DNA of 64,000 bases, taken from positions 23,064,001-23,128,000 of the forward strand of contig NC_047033.1 of the NCBI RefSeq assembly GCF_902652985.1. The letters run 5' to 3'. Shown here one piece after another: positions 41,491 through 54,930 of this stretch. The DNA is from Pecten maximus (taxonomy: Eukaryota). Position 1 is the first letter of the stretch. Each line of letters begins with the position of its first letter. The position numbers were made by a program, and so were the translations under genes. The notes under the pieces were generated by a model. The model had not been told where the DNA came from, did not search any database, and was given only the letters and a program-made list of their open reading frames with translations.

Positions 41491-42355
41491 CGTGAAAAAC
41501 CTGTTCCGTAGAGGGTCAACTGCACGGGCGTGTCTGGAACAAGAATTTGAATTTTTAAACTTCTTCAGGACTCGCTGATAATCCATGGGCGTACAAAATA
41601 TTCAAATATGCATGTACTGGATAAAAGATAATCCGTTAATCACTTGTCGGTATGCATGCTACCTCTAATATGTTCCAAAATATCACGATAAGACAGAATA
41701 TCAGTTGTTGTGATTATCGTTATATACCTAACTTTCATAAAAGTTAATATTTTTAATAAATCTGCCATGACATTTTTGTCTGAATTTAAGAGATTGATGA
41801 GATATGAGTAACTGAGGCATTTATTCCCTGGTTATAGAGTTGCATCGCTTGTATATAAGTAGCAAGGTGGTATATACAGTTAGGAGGGTGTATTGGAAAC
41901 GTCTATAAAGACACCATAGTCTAGCTTCATGCTTCAACGCAACAGTTTCTCCGAGACTCCAAGTAGCCATGCACGCATGCGTGTTTTTATGTCTGCATTG
42001 GTGGGAATTAGTATATTGGTATGGCCGGTCTGTCCGATGGTGTCAGTAAGGGGAGGGGGATGCGGTGAAGAAATTGATAGAAAATCGCAGTTGTCTATGT
42101 GGTATTGTTATGATAATCACGGGAAAGCCTGCTAAAACCATCAGGCCGGTTTTTCGGGAGTACGCTCGGGAACGTTTTACGGCGAGTCAATAAACAACGA
42201 ACCTTATATCAGTTATGTTCACGATTTATTCCTAATTGTATTTTAAACAGAATAAAACAGTGAAAGCTTTTTCAATTAAGAGCAAATTCAACGCGAAGAT
42301 AACACAAAAAAATGTTATGAAAATAATATGTTTTTGGGTGGAATTATTCTTTTCT

Positions 42356-42860
42356 TAACAAGGGACCCAGGGCGTAGCAATGTAACCATCGAAAGCAATA
42401 TAGTCTTATTATAATGAAATAATATGTACGCTACCTTTTTGGTTGTTATAGGTGGTATGTTTTAACCTGAACCCTTCCTGTCACTACAAAATCAATGTTT
42501 AAATTTCTTATAGTTTGAGGAATATCAGTAATCAGGAGTTGCAAAAGTAGTTTCCAACTCATAAAATATAACTTGATATCATGATTACAATGCCTACCAA
42601 GTTTCAAAGAAATCATTCGATTATGTAGGATCTTAGGACAGAAATCAATTGACACTTAAAAAAAAAATAAGAAAATAAGTTTTGCAAAAAAAAGGTCGAA
42701 TCAAAATGCCTCTCAGGAAAATCAAATTATAGACCATTTCTATAAAACCTACCAAGATTCAAAGAAATCAGTTGGAAAAAGTAGATATCTGGACAAAAAA
42801 TAAAATACCAAAATAACAAAGGACAATAATATTTGAAAACAAATATTCGAATGAAAAAAA
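42356..42860 (-). mobile_element. Decayed Helentron/HINE-like relic
   Basis: Begins aacaagggacccagg (reverse complement of a cttgtt-type 3' end) and has two degenerate cctaccaag(t/a)ttcaaagaaatca...ggaca(g/a)aaa core repeats. Confidence 0.35.
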
Positions 42861-45134
42861 AATGATAGAAAATAAATCCTGCAATAATTACGACTATAAG
42901 GCTGTATGCTACATTAAACATATAATTAATATTAACATTACGAAATTCCTACAATAAAGGAATGCATGACGTTTTTAAATGGCTATTTATTTAACCATTA
43001 AATACATTTTATAAAACAAATACAAGTGTCTGTTGATCCCTTAGGAAAGGACAAAAACGTTTAAAACAAGCTTCAATATAACAGAAAGCTATCGAAAAAA
43101 AAGTAAATGCGAAAAATGAACATAATAGATAAAATGGACAAAGCGGAAATACATTTATGACGGGATAGTTATCCAATGTTGGAAACACATTATTGTTCAA
43201 TACAGAACAGCAGGATGGGCCTTGGCTTCCCAGGTGTATTTGCGTCCATCTCACATCGAAATGCCATATCAATGCGAGCTCCTAGGGGGACATCATGAAC
43301 ATGTGTTTTTATTTTAGGCGTTAAATTTTTACAACAGCTAATATCATAACATAATTAACAAAACAAGCCTAATTACTTATATAACAAAAATAGTGATTAT
43401 AGGACTTTCTACGTCGGTGGATAGAAGACATTTAAGCTACTTTTAGTACATGTAAATACACGCGTAATTATGAAAATATGTGTAGATGTGGCTTCAATTC
43501 TATAATACTATGCCAAAGCTGGCCAAGCTGCCCGACATCAGACGTCACAGGGCAAAACGCCTATATAGTCCTCATCGAACGAATGCCACCATCTCGTCGC
43601 CATATAAAATAGCAGCTTGTCCACAAATCGTCTTCGAGTGCAAAATTAACAGCTACATAAACTTTCCCGAAGATAAATTTCCGATCGTTTTGATGTATCG
43701 CGCAAGATGTTTTGTTTTCAGTGTAGAACAGGTTAAAGTGTTCTGGCGTTATTGCATTGGCGACGAAAGGCAGCATCAGACACAACACAGCGAGCCAGGG
43801 GTATACTATGTCCGAGCCGTCGTTACTCTACTACCTCCTACATCAACATGCCTGTATCATTATGTCCTTAACATTGTCCAGATAACGAACTACACGTGTA
43901 ACTGTCTGACCATCAGGCCATGGATCGACTTAGACAAACACAAACCAGAAACAGCGCCGCATAACAGACGATCAACAGTTGGTGGCCATATTGCCTGCAT
44001 TACGATGAATACTGTACGATATAAGAAATAAAAAGGAAATCATTCGTCGATTCTTTCCAGGGCTCTATTGATTACGATGATGACGGGTATTGATTAATAT
44101 TTAAGTTACATTTTTCTATACTATTTATTTTGACAATGAATTTCCTAGCATTAAGATCATATGTATGGTAAGCTTTTGTATAAAATGCATTATGACATGC
44201 TTATGATAACTATTCCATTACATTTGTTGATCTTTAAACGTTTGGGTCTATTGCTTTGATAAGTAAGGTATTCGTGATCATGAAAGACCTGCACATTTAA
44301 CGCGGCGTATGTCTAAAGACTATTTTTTCTTGCAATATTTTACGGCCATTGCTCAAAACAAAAAGTTGAAATTCTAAACAAATACTTATTTTTAACGAAA
44401 TGGTTGTACAAAACGTTATAATTTGTCTAAAGGTATATAATAATGATAAAACTATTAAACGCATATGATGTATGATACAAAAGCATCGTCCATTTTAATA
44501 AACACAACTGGATTATCACGCGAGAAATGAGATTTTTGTATGTTGAAAATAAGGTAATCAGATAATTATCAACGGTATGCTAATAATAGATTGGCGGAAA
44601 ACAATTGTCAATATCTTTAATGATGAGAGTGACAACGAAACAATGTAAAGCTTTGTTTATTCATTTATTCAATTTGATAGTCACTTCCCTAAAAACTGAA
44701 CATATATTTTTTTCATATCAAAATACATTTATAGTACATATTATTAGATGAAGATACATATATATATTTTTATATTTATAAAGCTATACTTATCTTTTCC
44801 ATATCTTTTTTCACATGAATATCCTAGACCCATTAACATAACGGAATCAATAATAAATGTACCCAAACTAGTATTTCAAAATCAAGTTTAAATCTTTAAA
44901 TATTATTTAAACCACAGGCCAATACAGTCAAAGAAATGGATTACTGTGACAGGTTCGTTACAAACTATACACTGATGTTTGAAAATCTCCTCAGTATATA
45001 CAGTAGAATGAGCAGTGTTAGGAGAACCTCGTCCCGACACCTGTCTTTAAAGGAAGGAAACCATTCATTGGGTTTTGTATTGTTCTAATATCTTGCGTCC
45101 TTTTTGCAATGTTTTGAACATTTGTTGTCTAGAT

Positions 45135-45355
45135 TTTGGTTTGTTTTTTGTTCAACGTCCTATTAACAGCCAGGGTCATTTAAGGACGTGCCAGGTTTTG
45201 GAGGTGGAGGAAAGCCGGAGTACCCGGAGAAAAACCACCGGCCTACGGTTAGTACCTGGCAACTGCCCCATGTAGGTTTCGAACTCGCAACCCAGAGGTA
45301 GAGGGCTAGTGATAAAGTGTCGGGACACCTTAACCACTCGGCCACCGCGGCCCCC
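45135..45355 (-). mobile_element. Full-length V-SINE family 1 copy with 11-bp TSD
   Basis: Reverse complement of 8913-9131 with scattered substitutions; gttgtctagat duplicated at 45124-45134 and 45358-45368. Confidence 0.92.
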
Positions 45356-45380
45356 TAGTTGTCTAGATACAATGAAAAGG

Positions 45381-45526
45381 ATTCTAAACTTAAGTTTACC
45401 TATGTTGACCGGTAAGAACTTAAGTACCGCTACATCGTCCTTTTTGTTGTCTAGATACAATGAAAAGGACGATGTAGCGGTACTTAAGTTCTTACCGGTC
45501 AACATAGGTAAACTTAAGTTTAGAAT
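45381..45526. repeat. Perfect 64-bp inverted repeat with 18-nt loop
   Basis: 45381-45444 is the exact reverse complement of 45463-45526. The right arm includes the first unit of the 49-bp satellite. Confidence 0.95.
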
Positions 45527-48500
45527 TCGTTAATGAGTTCTTACCGGTCAACATAGGTAAATTTTAGTTTAGAGTTGGTTAGTGAGTTCTTACCGGTCAA
45601 CATAGGTAAACTTTAGTTTAGAGTTGGTTAATTAGATCTTACCGGTCAACATAGGTAAATTTAAGTTTAGAATTCGTTAATGAGTTCTTACCGGTCAACA
45701 TAGGTAAATTTAAGTTTAGAGTTGGTTAATGAATTCTTACCGGTCAACATAGGTAAACTTTAGTTTAGAGTTGGTTAACGAGTTCTTACCGGTCAACATA
45801 GGTAAATTTAAGTTTAGAGTTGGTTAACGAGTTCTTACCGGTCAACATACAATGTAGGTAAATTTTAGTTTAGAGTTGGTTAGTGAGTTCTTACGGGTAA
45901 ACATAGGTAAACTATAGTTTAGAGTTGGTTAGTGAGTTCTTACCGGTCAACATAGGTAAACTATAGTTTAGAGTTGGTTAGTGAGTTCTTACCGGTCAAC
46001 ATAGGTAAACTATAGTTCAGAGTTGGTCAATGAGTTCTTACCGGTCAACATAGGTAAACTTAAGTTTAGAGTTGGTTAATTAGATCTTACCGGTTAACAT
46101 AGGTAAACTATAGTTTAGAGTTGGTTAATGAGTTCTTACCGGTCAACATAGGTAAATATAAGTTAAGAGTTGGTTAATTAGATCTTACCGGTCAACATAG
46201 GTAACTAGAGTTTAGAGTTGGTTAATGAGTTTTTACCGGTCAACATAGGTAAACTTTAGTTTAGAGTTGGTTAATTAGATCTTACCGGTCAACATAGGTA
46301 AACTTTAGTTTAGAGTTGGTTAATTAGATCTTACCGGTCAACATAGGTAAACTTAAGTTTAGAGTTAGTTAATGAGTTCTTAGCGGTCAACATAGGTTAA
46401 CTAAAATTTAGAGTTGGTTAATGAGTTCTTACCGGTCAACATAGGTAAATTTAAGTTTAGAGTTGGTTAGTGAGTTCTTACCGGTCAACATAGGTAAACT
46501 TTAGTTTAGAGTTAGTTAATGAGTTCTTACCGGTCAACATAGGTAAACTTTAGTTTAAAGTTAGTTAATGAGTTCTTACCGGTCAACAAAGGTAAATTTA
46601 AGTAAGGGTTGGTTAATGAGTTCTTACCGGTCAACATAGATAATCTATAGTTTAGAGTTGGTTAGTGAGTTCTTACCGGTCAACATAGGTAAACTATAGT
46701 TTAGAGTTAGTTAATGAGTTCTTACCGGTCAACATTGGTAAACTTAAGTTTAGAGTTAGTTAATGAGTTCTTACCGGTTAACATAGGTAAACTATAGTTT
46801 AGAGTTGGTTAGTGAGTTCTTACCGGTCAATATAGGTAAACTTTAGTTAAGAGTTAGTTAATGAGTTCTTACCGGTCAACATAGGTAAACTATAGTTTAG
46901 AGTTAGTTAATGAGTTCTTACCGGTCAACATAGGTAAACTTTAGTTTAGAGTTAGTTAATGACTTCTTACCGGTCAACATAGGTTAACTTAAGTTTAGAG
47001 TTGGTTAATGATTTCTTACCGGTCAACATAGGTAAACTTTAGTTTAGAGTTAGTTAATGAGTTCTTACCGGTCAACATAGGTAAACTTTAGTTTAGAGTT
47101 GGTAAACGAGTTCTTACCGGTCAACATAGGTAAATTTAAGTTTAGAGTTGGTTAACGAGTTCTTAACGGTCAACATACAATGTAGGTAAATTTGAGTTTA
47201 GAGTTGGTTAGTGAGTTCTTACGGGTAAACATAGGTAAACTATAGTTTAGAGTTGGTTAGTGAGTTCTTACCGGTCAACATAAGTAAACTATAGTTTAGA
47301 GTTGGTTAGTGAGTTCTTACCGGTCAACATAGGTAAACTATAGTTCAGAGTTGGTCAATGAGTTCTTACCGGTCAACATAGGTAAACTTAAGTTTAGAGT
47401 TGGTTAATTAGATCTTACCGGTCAACATAGGTAAACTATAGTTTAGAGTTGGTTAATGAGTTCTTACCGGTTAACATAGGTAAATATAAGTTAAGAGTTG
47501 GTTAATTAGATCTTACCGGTCAACATAGGTAACTATAGTTTAGAGTTGGTTAATGAGTTCTTACCGGTCAACATAGGTAAACTTTAGTTTAGAGTTGGTT
47601 AATTAGATCTTACCGGTCAACATAGGTAAACTTTAGTTTAGAGTTGGTTAATTAGATCTTACCGGTCAACATAGGTAAACTTAAGTTTAGAGTTAGTTAA
47701 TGAGTTCTTACCGGTCAACATAGGTTAACTTAAGTTTAGAGTTGGTTAATGAGTTCTTACCGGTCAACATAGGTAAATTTAAGTTTAGAGTTGGTTAGTG
47801 AGTTCTTACCGGTCAACATAGGTAAACTTTAGTTTAGAGTTAGTTAATGAGTTCTTACCGGTCAACATAGGTAAACTTTAGTTTAGAGTTAGTTATTGAG
47901 TTCTTACCGGTCAACATAGGTAAATTTAAGTAAGGGTTGGTTAATGAGTTCTTACCGGTCAACATAGATAAACTATAGTTTAGAGTTGGTTAGTGAGTTC
48001 TTAACGGTCAACATAGGTAAACTATAATTTGGAGTTAGTTAATGAGTTCTTACCGGTCAACATAGGTAAACTTAAGTTTAGAGTGAGTTAATGAGTTCTT
48101 ACCGGTTAACATAGGTAAACTATAGTTTAGAGTTGGTTAATGAGTTCTTACCGGTTAACATAGGTAAACTATAGTTTAGAGTTGGTTAGTGAGTTCTTAC
48201 CGGTCAACATAGGTAAACTATAGTTTAGAGTTAGTTAATGAGTTCTTACCGGTCAACATAGGTAAACTTTAGTTTAGAGTTAGTTAATGACTTCTTACCG
48301 GTCAACATAGGTTAACTTAAATTTAGAGTTGGTTAATGATTTCTTACCGGTCAACATAGGTAAACTTTAGTTTAGAGTTAGTTAATGAGTTCTTACCGGT
48401 CAACATAGGTAAACTTTAGTTTAGAGTTAGTTAATGAGTTCTTACCGGTCAACATAGGTTAACTTAACTTTAGAGTTAGTTAATGAGTTGTTACCGGTCA

Positions 48501-51500
48501 ACATAGGTTAACTATAGTTTAGAGTTGGTTAGTGAGTTCTTACCGGTCAACATAGGTAAATTTAAGCTTAGAGTTGGTTAGTGAGTTCTTACCGGTTAAC
48601 ATAGGTAAACTATAGTTTAGAGTTGGTTAACGAGTTTTTACTGGTTAACATAGGTAAATTTAAGCTTAGAGTTGGTTAGTGAGTTTTTACCGGTTAACAT
48701 AGGTAAATTTAAGTTTAGAGTTGGTTAGTGAGTTCTTACCGGTCAACATAGGTAAACTATAGTTTAGAGTTGGTTAGTGAGTTCTTACCGGTCAACATAG
48801 GTTAATTTAAGTTTAGAGTTGGTTAGTGAGTTCTTACCGGTTAACATAGGTAAACTATAGTTTAGAGTTGGTTAACGAGTTTTTACTGGTTAACATAGGT
48901 AAACTATAGTTTAGAGTTGGTTAGTGAGTTATTACCGGTCAACATAGGTAAACTATAGTTTAGAGTTGGTTAATTAGATCTTACCGGTCAACATAGGTAA
49001 ACTATAGTTTAGAGTTGGTTAGTGAGTTCTTACCGGTCAACATAGGTAAATTTAAGTTAAGAGTCGGTTAATAAGTTCTTACCGGTCAACATAGGTAAAC
49101 TATAGTTTAGAGTTGGTTAGTGAGTTCTTACCGATCACTATAGGTAAACTATAGTTTAGAGTTGGTTAATGATTTCTTACAGGTCAACATAGGTAAACTT
49201 TAGTTTAGAGTTGGTTAGTGAGTTCTTACCGGTCAACATAGGTAAACTATAGTTTAGAGTTGGTTAGTGAGTTCTTACCGGTCACTATAGGTAAACTATA
49301 GTTTAGAGTTGATTAGTGAGTTCTTACCGGTTAACATAGGTAAACTATAGTTTAGAGTTGGTTAATGATTTCTTACAGGTCAACATAGGTAAACTTTAGT
49401 TTAGAATTGGTTAGTGAGTTCTTACCGGTCAACATAGGTAAACTATAGTTTAGAGTTGGTTAGTGTGTTCTTACCGGTCAACATAGGTAAACTTAAGTTT
49501 AGAATTGGTTAATTAGATCTTACCGGTCAACATAGGTAAACTTAAGTTTAGAGTTGGTTAGTGAGTTCTTACCGGTCAACATAGGTAAACTATAGTTTAT
49601 AGTTGGTTAGTGAGTTCTTACCGGTCAACATAGGTAAACTATAGTTTAGAGTTGGTTAGTGAGTTCTTACCGGTCAACATAGGTAAATTTAAGTTAAGAG
49701 TTGGTTAATGATTTCTTACCGGTCAACATAGGTAAACTATAGTTTAGAGTTGGTTAGTGAGTTCTTACCGGTCAACATAGGTAAACTATAGTTTAGAGTT
49801 GATTAGTGAGTTCTTACCGGTCAACATAGGTAAACTTAAGTTTAGAGTTGGTTAGTGAGTTCTTACCGGTCAACATAGGTAAATTTAAGTTTAGAGTTAG
49901 TTAATGAGTTCTTACCGATCAACATAGGTAAACTATAGTTTAGAGTTGGTTAGTGAGTTCTTACCGGTCAACATAGGTAAACTATAGTTTAGAGTTGGTT
50001 AATGAGTTCTTACCGGTCAACATAGGTAAACTTTAGTTTAGAGTTGGTTAGTGAGTTCTTACCGGTCAACATAGGTAAACTTAAGTTTAGAGTTGGTTAG
50101 TGAGTTCTTACCGGTCAACATAGATAAACTATATTTTAGAGTTGGTTAGTGAGTTCTTACCGGTCAACATAGGTAAACTATAGTTTAGAGTTGGTTAGTG
50201 AGTTCTTACCGGTCAACATAGGTAAATTTAAGTTAAGAGTTGGTTAATGAGTTCTTACCGGTCAACATGGGTAAACTATAGTTTAGAGTTGGTTAGTGAG
50301 TTCTTACCGGTCAACATAGGTAAACTATAGTTTAGAGTTGGTTAGTGCGTTCTTACCGGTCAACATAGGTAAACTATAGTTTAGAGTTGGTTAGTGAGTT
50401 CTTACCGGTCAACATAGGTAAACTTAAGTTTAGAATTGGTTAATTAGTTCTTACCGGTCAACATAGGTAAACTTAAGTTTAGAATTGGTTAATTAGATCT
50501 TACCGGTCAACATAGGTTAACTTAAGTTTAGAGTTGGTTAGTGAGTTCTTACCGGTCAACATAGGTAAACTATAGTTTAGAGTTGATTAGTGAGTTCTTA
50601 CCGGTCAACATAGGTAAATTTAAGTTAAGACTTGGTTAATGATTTCTTACCGGTCAACATAGGTAAACTATAGTTTAGAGTTGGTTAGTGAGTTCTTACC
50701 GGTCAACATAGGTAAACTATAGTTTAGAGTTGATTAGTGAGTTCTTACCGGTCAACATAGGTAAACTATAGTTTAGAGTTGGTTAGTGAGTTCTTACCGG
50801 TCAACATAGGTAAATTTAAGTTAAGAGTTGGTTAATGATTTCTTACCGGTCAACATAGGTAAACTATAGTTTAGAGTTGATTAGTGAGTTCTTACCGGTT
50901 ACCATAGGTAAACTATAGTTTAGAGTTGGTTAATGATTTCTTACAGGTCAACATAGGTAAACTTTAGTTTAGAGTTGGTTAGTGAGTTCTTACCGGTCAA
51001 CATATGTAAACTATAGTTTAGAGTTGGTTAGTGAGTTCTTACCGGTCAACATAGGTAAGCTTAAGTTTAGAATTGGTTAATTGGATCTTACCGGTCAACA
51101 TAGGTAAACTTAAGTTTAGAGTTGGTTAGTGAGTTTTTACCGATCACTATAGGTAAACTATAGTTTAGAGTTGGTTAATGAGTTCTTACCGGTCAACATA
51201 GGTAAACTATAGTTTAGAGTTGGTTAATGATTTCTTACCGGTCAACATAGGTAAACTTAAGCTTATAGTTGGTTAATGAATTCTTACCGGTCAACATAGG
51301 TAAACTTAAGTTTAGAATTGGTTAGTGAGTTCTTACCGATCAACATAGTAAACTATAGTTTAGAGTTGGTTAATGAGTTCTTACCGGTTAACATAGGTAA
51401 ACTTAAGTTTAGAGTTAGTTAATGATTTCTTATCGGTCAACATAGGTAAACTTTAGTTTAGAGTTGGTTAATGATTTCTTACAGGTCAACATAGGTAAAC

Positions 51501-51765
51501 TTTAGTAAGGGTTGGTTAATGAGTTCTTACCGGTCAACATAGGTAAACTATAGTTTAGAGTTGGTTAACGAGTTCTTACCGGTCAACATAGGTAAACTTT
51601 AGTTTAGAGTTGGTTAACGAGTTCTTACCGGTCAACATAGGTAAACTTTAGTTTAGAGTTGGTTAATGAGTTCTTACCGATCAACATAGGTAAACTATAG
51701 TTTAGAGTTGGTTAACGAGTTCTTACCGGTTAACATAGGTAACCTTAAGCTTATAGTTAGTTAAT
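45487..51765. repeat. 49-bp satellite array, about 128 copies (6.3 kb)
   Basis: Unit gagttcttaccggtcaacataggtaaactatagtttagagttggttagt with variant positions; ends at about 51765. Confidence 0.98.
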
Positions 51766-51837
51766 GCCAGCGATATGTTTTTTGTTGTTGCGTGATCTGC
51801 CTTTTGGTTTAGTTCTGTATTGCTTTTCCTTCTACAG

Positions 51838-52385
51838 CTGTTGTCCTTTAAGGATCACATTCACCTTTTTATTGATAGTTCCTGGGAGAGTCGGTCACAA
51901 CGAACATTTAGCATCTGCCAAGATCCGATTTGGTTCATTATATAGTATATCTACAGCGAACTTTGATATAATGAAATTACCAGAGCTTGGGATTGTGTTC
52001 ATGGTCATCTACATATGTGTTGGCCGACAGACCTGTTACAACAAATTTCATCTCTGGACAGGTAAGTGTGACACACTATCAAGTCACATACTGACAATTT
52101 ACAACCACCAATCACCGCAAACGCCTTTAATACCGATCTTGATGCGGAGTGCAGAACGTACAAATCGATATTATTATGGTAATACTCTGCTGTCCTTTCT
52201 TGCACCATATATTATATATTACGCGTTGTTCGACACCACAGACATCACCTACGGTTGGGTAGTACATATTGGGATGCAGCAAACCTATTCTTTTCTCTAA
52301 AATACTTCGATCTATAAGGGAACAGATATTCCAGTTCTACCACATTGTATCTGTCTGTGTGGATCGCTGGTGAATCACTCTTCAG
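51838..52385 (+). pseudogene. Decayed exon(s) of a secreted WSC-like-domain protein (5' part)
   Basis: Acceptor ttttccttctacag| at 51837; ATG at 51971 gives signal-peptide-like MKLPELGIVFMVIYICVG; frame from 52263 reads YILGCSKP...IVSVCVDRW*ITLQ|gt, a weak WSC-like LGC...CxxxC pattern with a stop and frameshift. Confidence 0.3.
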
Positions 52386-52569
52386 GTACATATTGCTGCA
52401 TTATTCTAAGTATGCTAACATTTACTTTGTTTCTTTACATTCCCTTGGTACCGTAATACTTAGGTTATAATGTTTTGCTTACTAATGTTAGCTTTGTATG
52501 CTAAATGAATCGATTTTTGTTTTTAGTTGGTATTTTTTTTGTTTTTTGGATGATGATGATATTCCTAAT

Positions 52570-54205
52570 ATGATGTATATCGACTTATATGATGTTTTAT
52601 AATATTTCTATGATGTATATCGACTTATATGATGTTTTATAATATTTCTATGATGGGACGTATATAGACTTATATGATGTTTTATAATATTACTATGATG
52701 GGATGTATATCGACTTATATGATGTTTTATAATATTACTATGATTGGACGTATATCGACTTATATGATGTTTTATAATATTTCTATGATGGGACGTATAT
52801 AGACTTATATGATGTTTTATAATATTACTATGATGGGACGTATATCGACTTATATGATGTTTTATAATATTACTATGATGGGACGTATATCGACTTATAT
52901 GATGTTTTATAATATTACTATAATGGGACGTATATCGACTTATATGATGTTTTATAATATTACTATGATGGGACGTATATCGACTTATATGATGTTTTAT
53001 AATATTACTATGATGGGACGTATATCGACTTATATGATGTTTTATAATATTACTATGATGGGACGTATATCGACTTATATGATGTTTTATAATATTACTA
53101 TGATGGGATGTATATAGACTTATATGATGTTTTATAATATTACTATAATGGGACGTATATCGACTTATATGATGTTTTATAATATTTCTATGATGGGACG
53201 TGTATCGACTTATATGATGTTTTATAATATTACTATGATGGGACGTATATCGACTTATATGATGTTTTATAATATTACTATAATGGGACGTATATAGACT
53301 TATATGATGTTTTATAATATTTCTATGATGGGACGTATATCGACTTATATGATGTTTTATAATATTACTATAATGGGACGTATATCGACTTATATGATGT
53401 TTTATAATATTTCTATGATGGGACGTGTATCGACTTATATGATGTTTTATAATATTTCTATGATGGGATGTATATCGACTTATATGATGTTTTATAATAT
53501 TTCTATGATGGGACGTGTATCGACTTATATGATGTTTTATAATATTTCTATGATGGGACGTATATCAACTTATATGATGTTTTATAATATTTCTATGATG
53601 GGATGTATATCGACTTATATGATGTTTTATAATATTTCTATGATGGGATGTATATATCGACTTATGTGATGTTTTATAATATTTCTATGATGGGACGTAT
53701 ATCGACTTATATGATGTTTTATAATATTTCTATGATGGGACGTATATCGACTTATATGATGTTTTATAATATTACTATGATGGGACGTATATCGACTTAT
53801 ATGATGTTTTATAATATTTCTATGATGGGATGTATATATCGACTTATATGATGTTTTATAATATTTCTATGATGGGACGTATATCGACTTATATGATGTT
53901 TTATAATATTTCTATGATGGGACGTATATCGACTTATATGATGTTTTATAATATTTCTATGATGGGACGTATATCGACTTATATGTTTTATAATATTTCT
54001 ATGATGGGATGTATATATCGACTTATATGATGCTTTATAATATTTCTATGATGGGACGTATATCGACTTATATGATGTTTTATAATATTTCTATGATGGG
54101 ACGTATATCGACTTATATGATGTTTTATAATATTTCTATGATGGGACGTATATCGACTTATATGATGTTTTATAATATTTCTATGATGGGACGTATATCG
54201 ACTTT
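52570..54205. repeat. 45-bp AT-rich minisatellite, about 36 copies, with a decayed tail to about 54780
   Basis: Unit cgacttatatgatgttttataatatt(a/t)ctatgatgggacgtatat. Unrelated to the 45-bp unit at 25.7 kb. Confidence 0.97.
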
Positions 54206-54810
54206 TAAGTGGCTTTAAAACCTTTCTATTGTGACGTATATATCGACTTATATGATGGTTTATAATATCTCTATCATGTTGTATAAATCAAATCTTACTA
54301 GGTTTCTTTATATTTCTTTTGCCTGTTATACCGATTGTAATCAGCATGTTTTGTATTTTTTAACGTCCTGTCAACAGTAAGGATATATTACTTCTCTGTT
54401 TTACTGTCTATATACAGGCCGTTATTGAGTGAGCATTGTAATATTTCTGTTGTATTTTTTTACACTGATTGTCATATAAGCTTTGTGATATTTCTAGTGT
54501 GTGGTTACACTGATTGTCATAAGTACTATATATTTCTGTTGTATTTTTTACACTAATTGTCATATAAGCCTTGTAATATTTCTATCATGTCATGTACACT
54601 GGCTGTCATAAATATCTGTTTTTTTATGGTGTTGTGTAGCCTGATAAGCATAAGTATCGTAATATTTCTATTATGTATAACCGAATCCTAGATAGGTTTA
54701 TCATATATTTTATTATGCTGTATACATACCGACAAATTTAGTGTGCGTAATGTTTTTTTTATTATAATGTACATACTGATTTATTTTCGGCACTGTGTTT
54801 TATATTGCAG

Positions 54811-54930
54811 TCAGTAGTGCCAACTATTGGGGTTGCAAGATTTCATATATGATGTCTTTGCCGACATTGTGATACCAATAAACAATTGGATATTGTATTG
54901 TTTTTCGGGACTGGAAAACCCGTTGTCGTT
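54811..54930 (+). pseudogene. Decayed WSC-like exon fragment
   Basis: Acceptor tgttttatattgcag| at 54810; frame from 54813 reads SSANYWGCKISYMMSLPTL*YQ*TIGYCIVFR, resembling WSC YxGC...TxxxCxxxC. Confidence 0.3.

Noticed and set aside
45487-51765. CRISPR-like array (regular, partly palindromic repeats)
   Set aside because: Units abut with no unique spacers, no cas genes are present and the context is eukaryotic. The same applies to the 32-, 44- and 45-bp arrays.
52809-54218. Met-rich repetitive ORFs (MMFYNITMMGRISTY)n
   Set aside because: Translation products of the 45-bp minisatellite, broken by stops and 2-bp indels.
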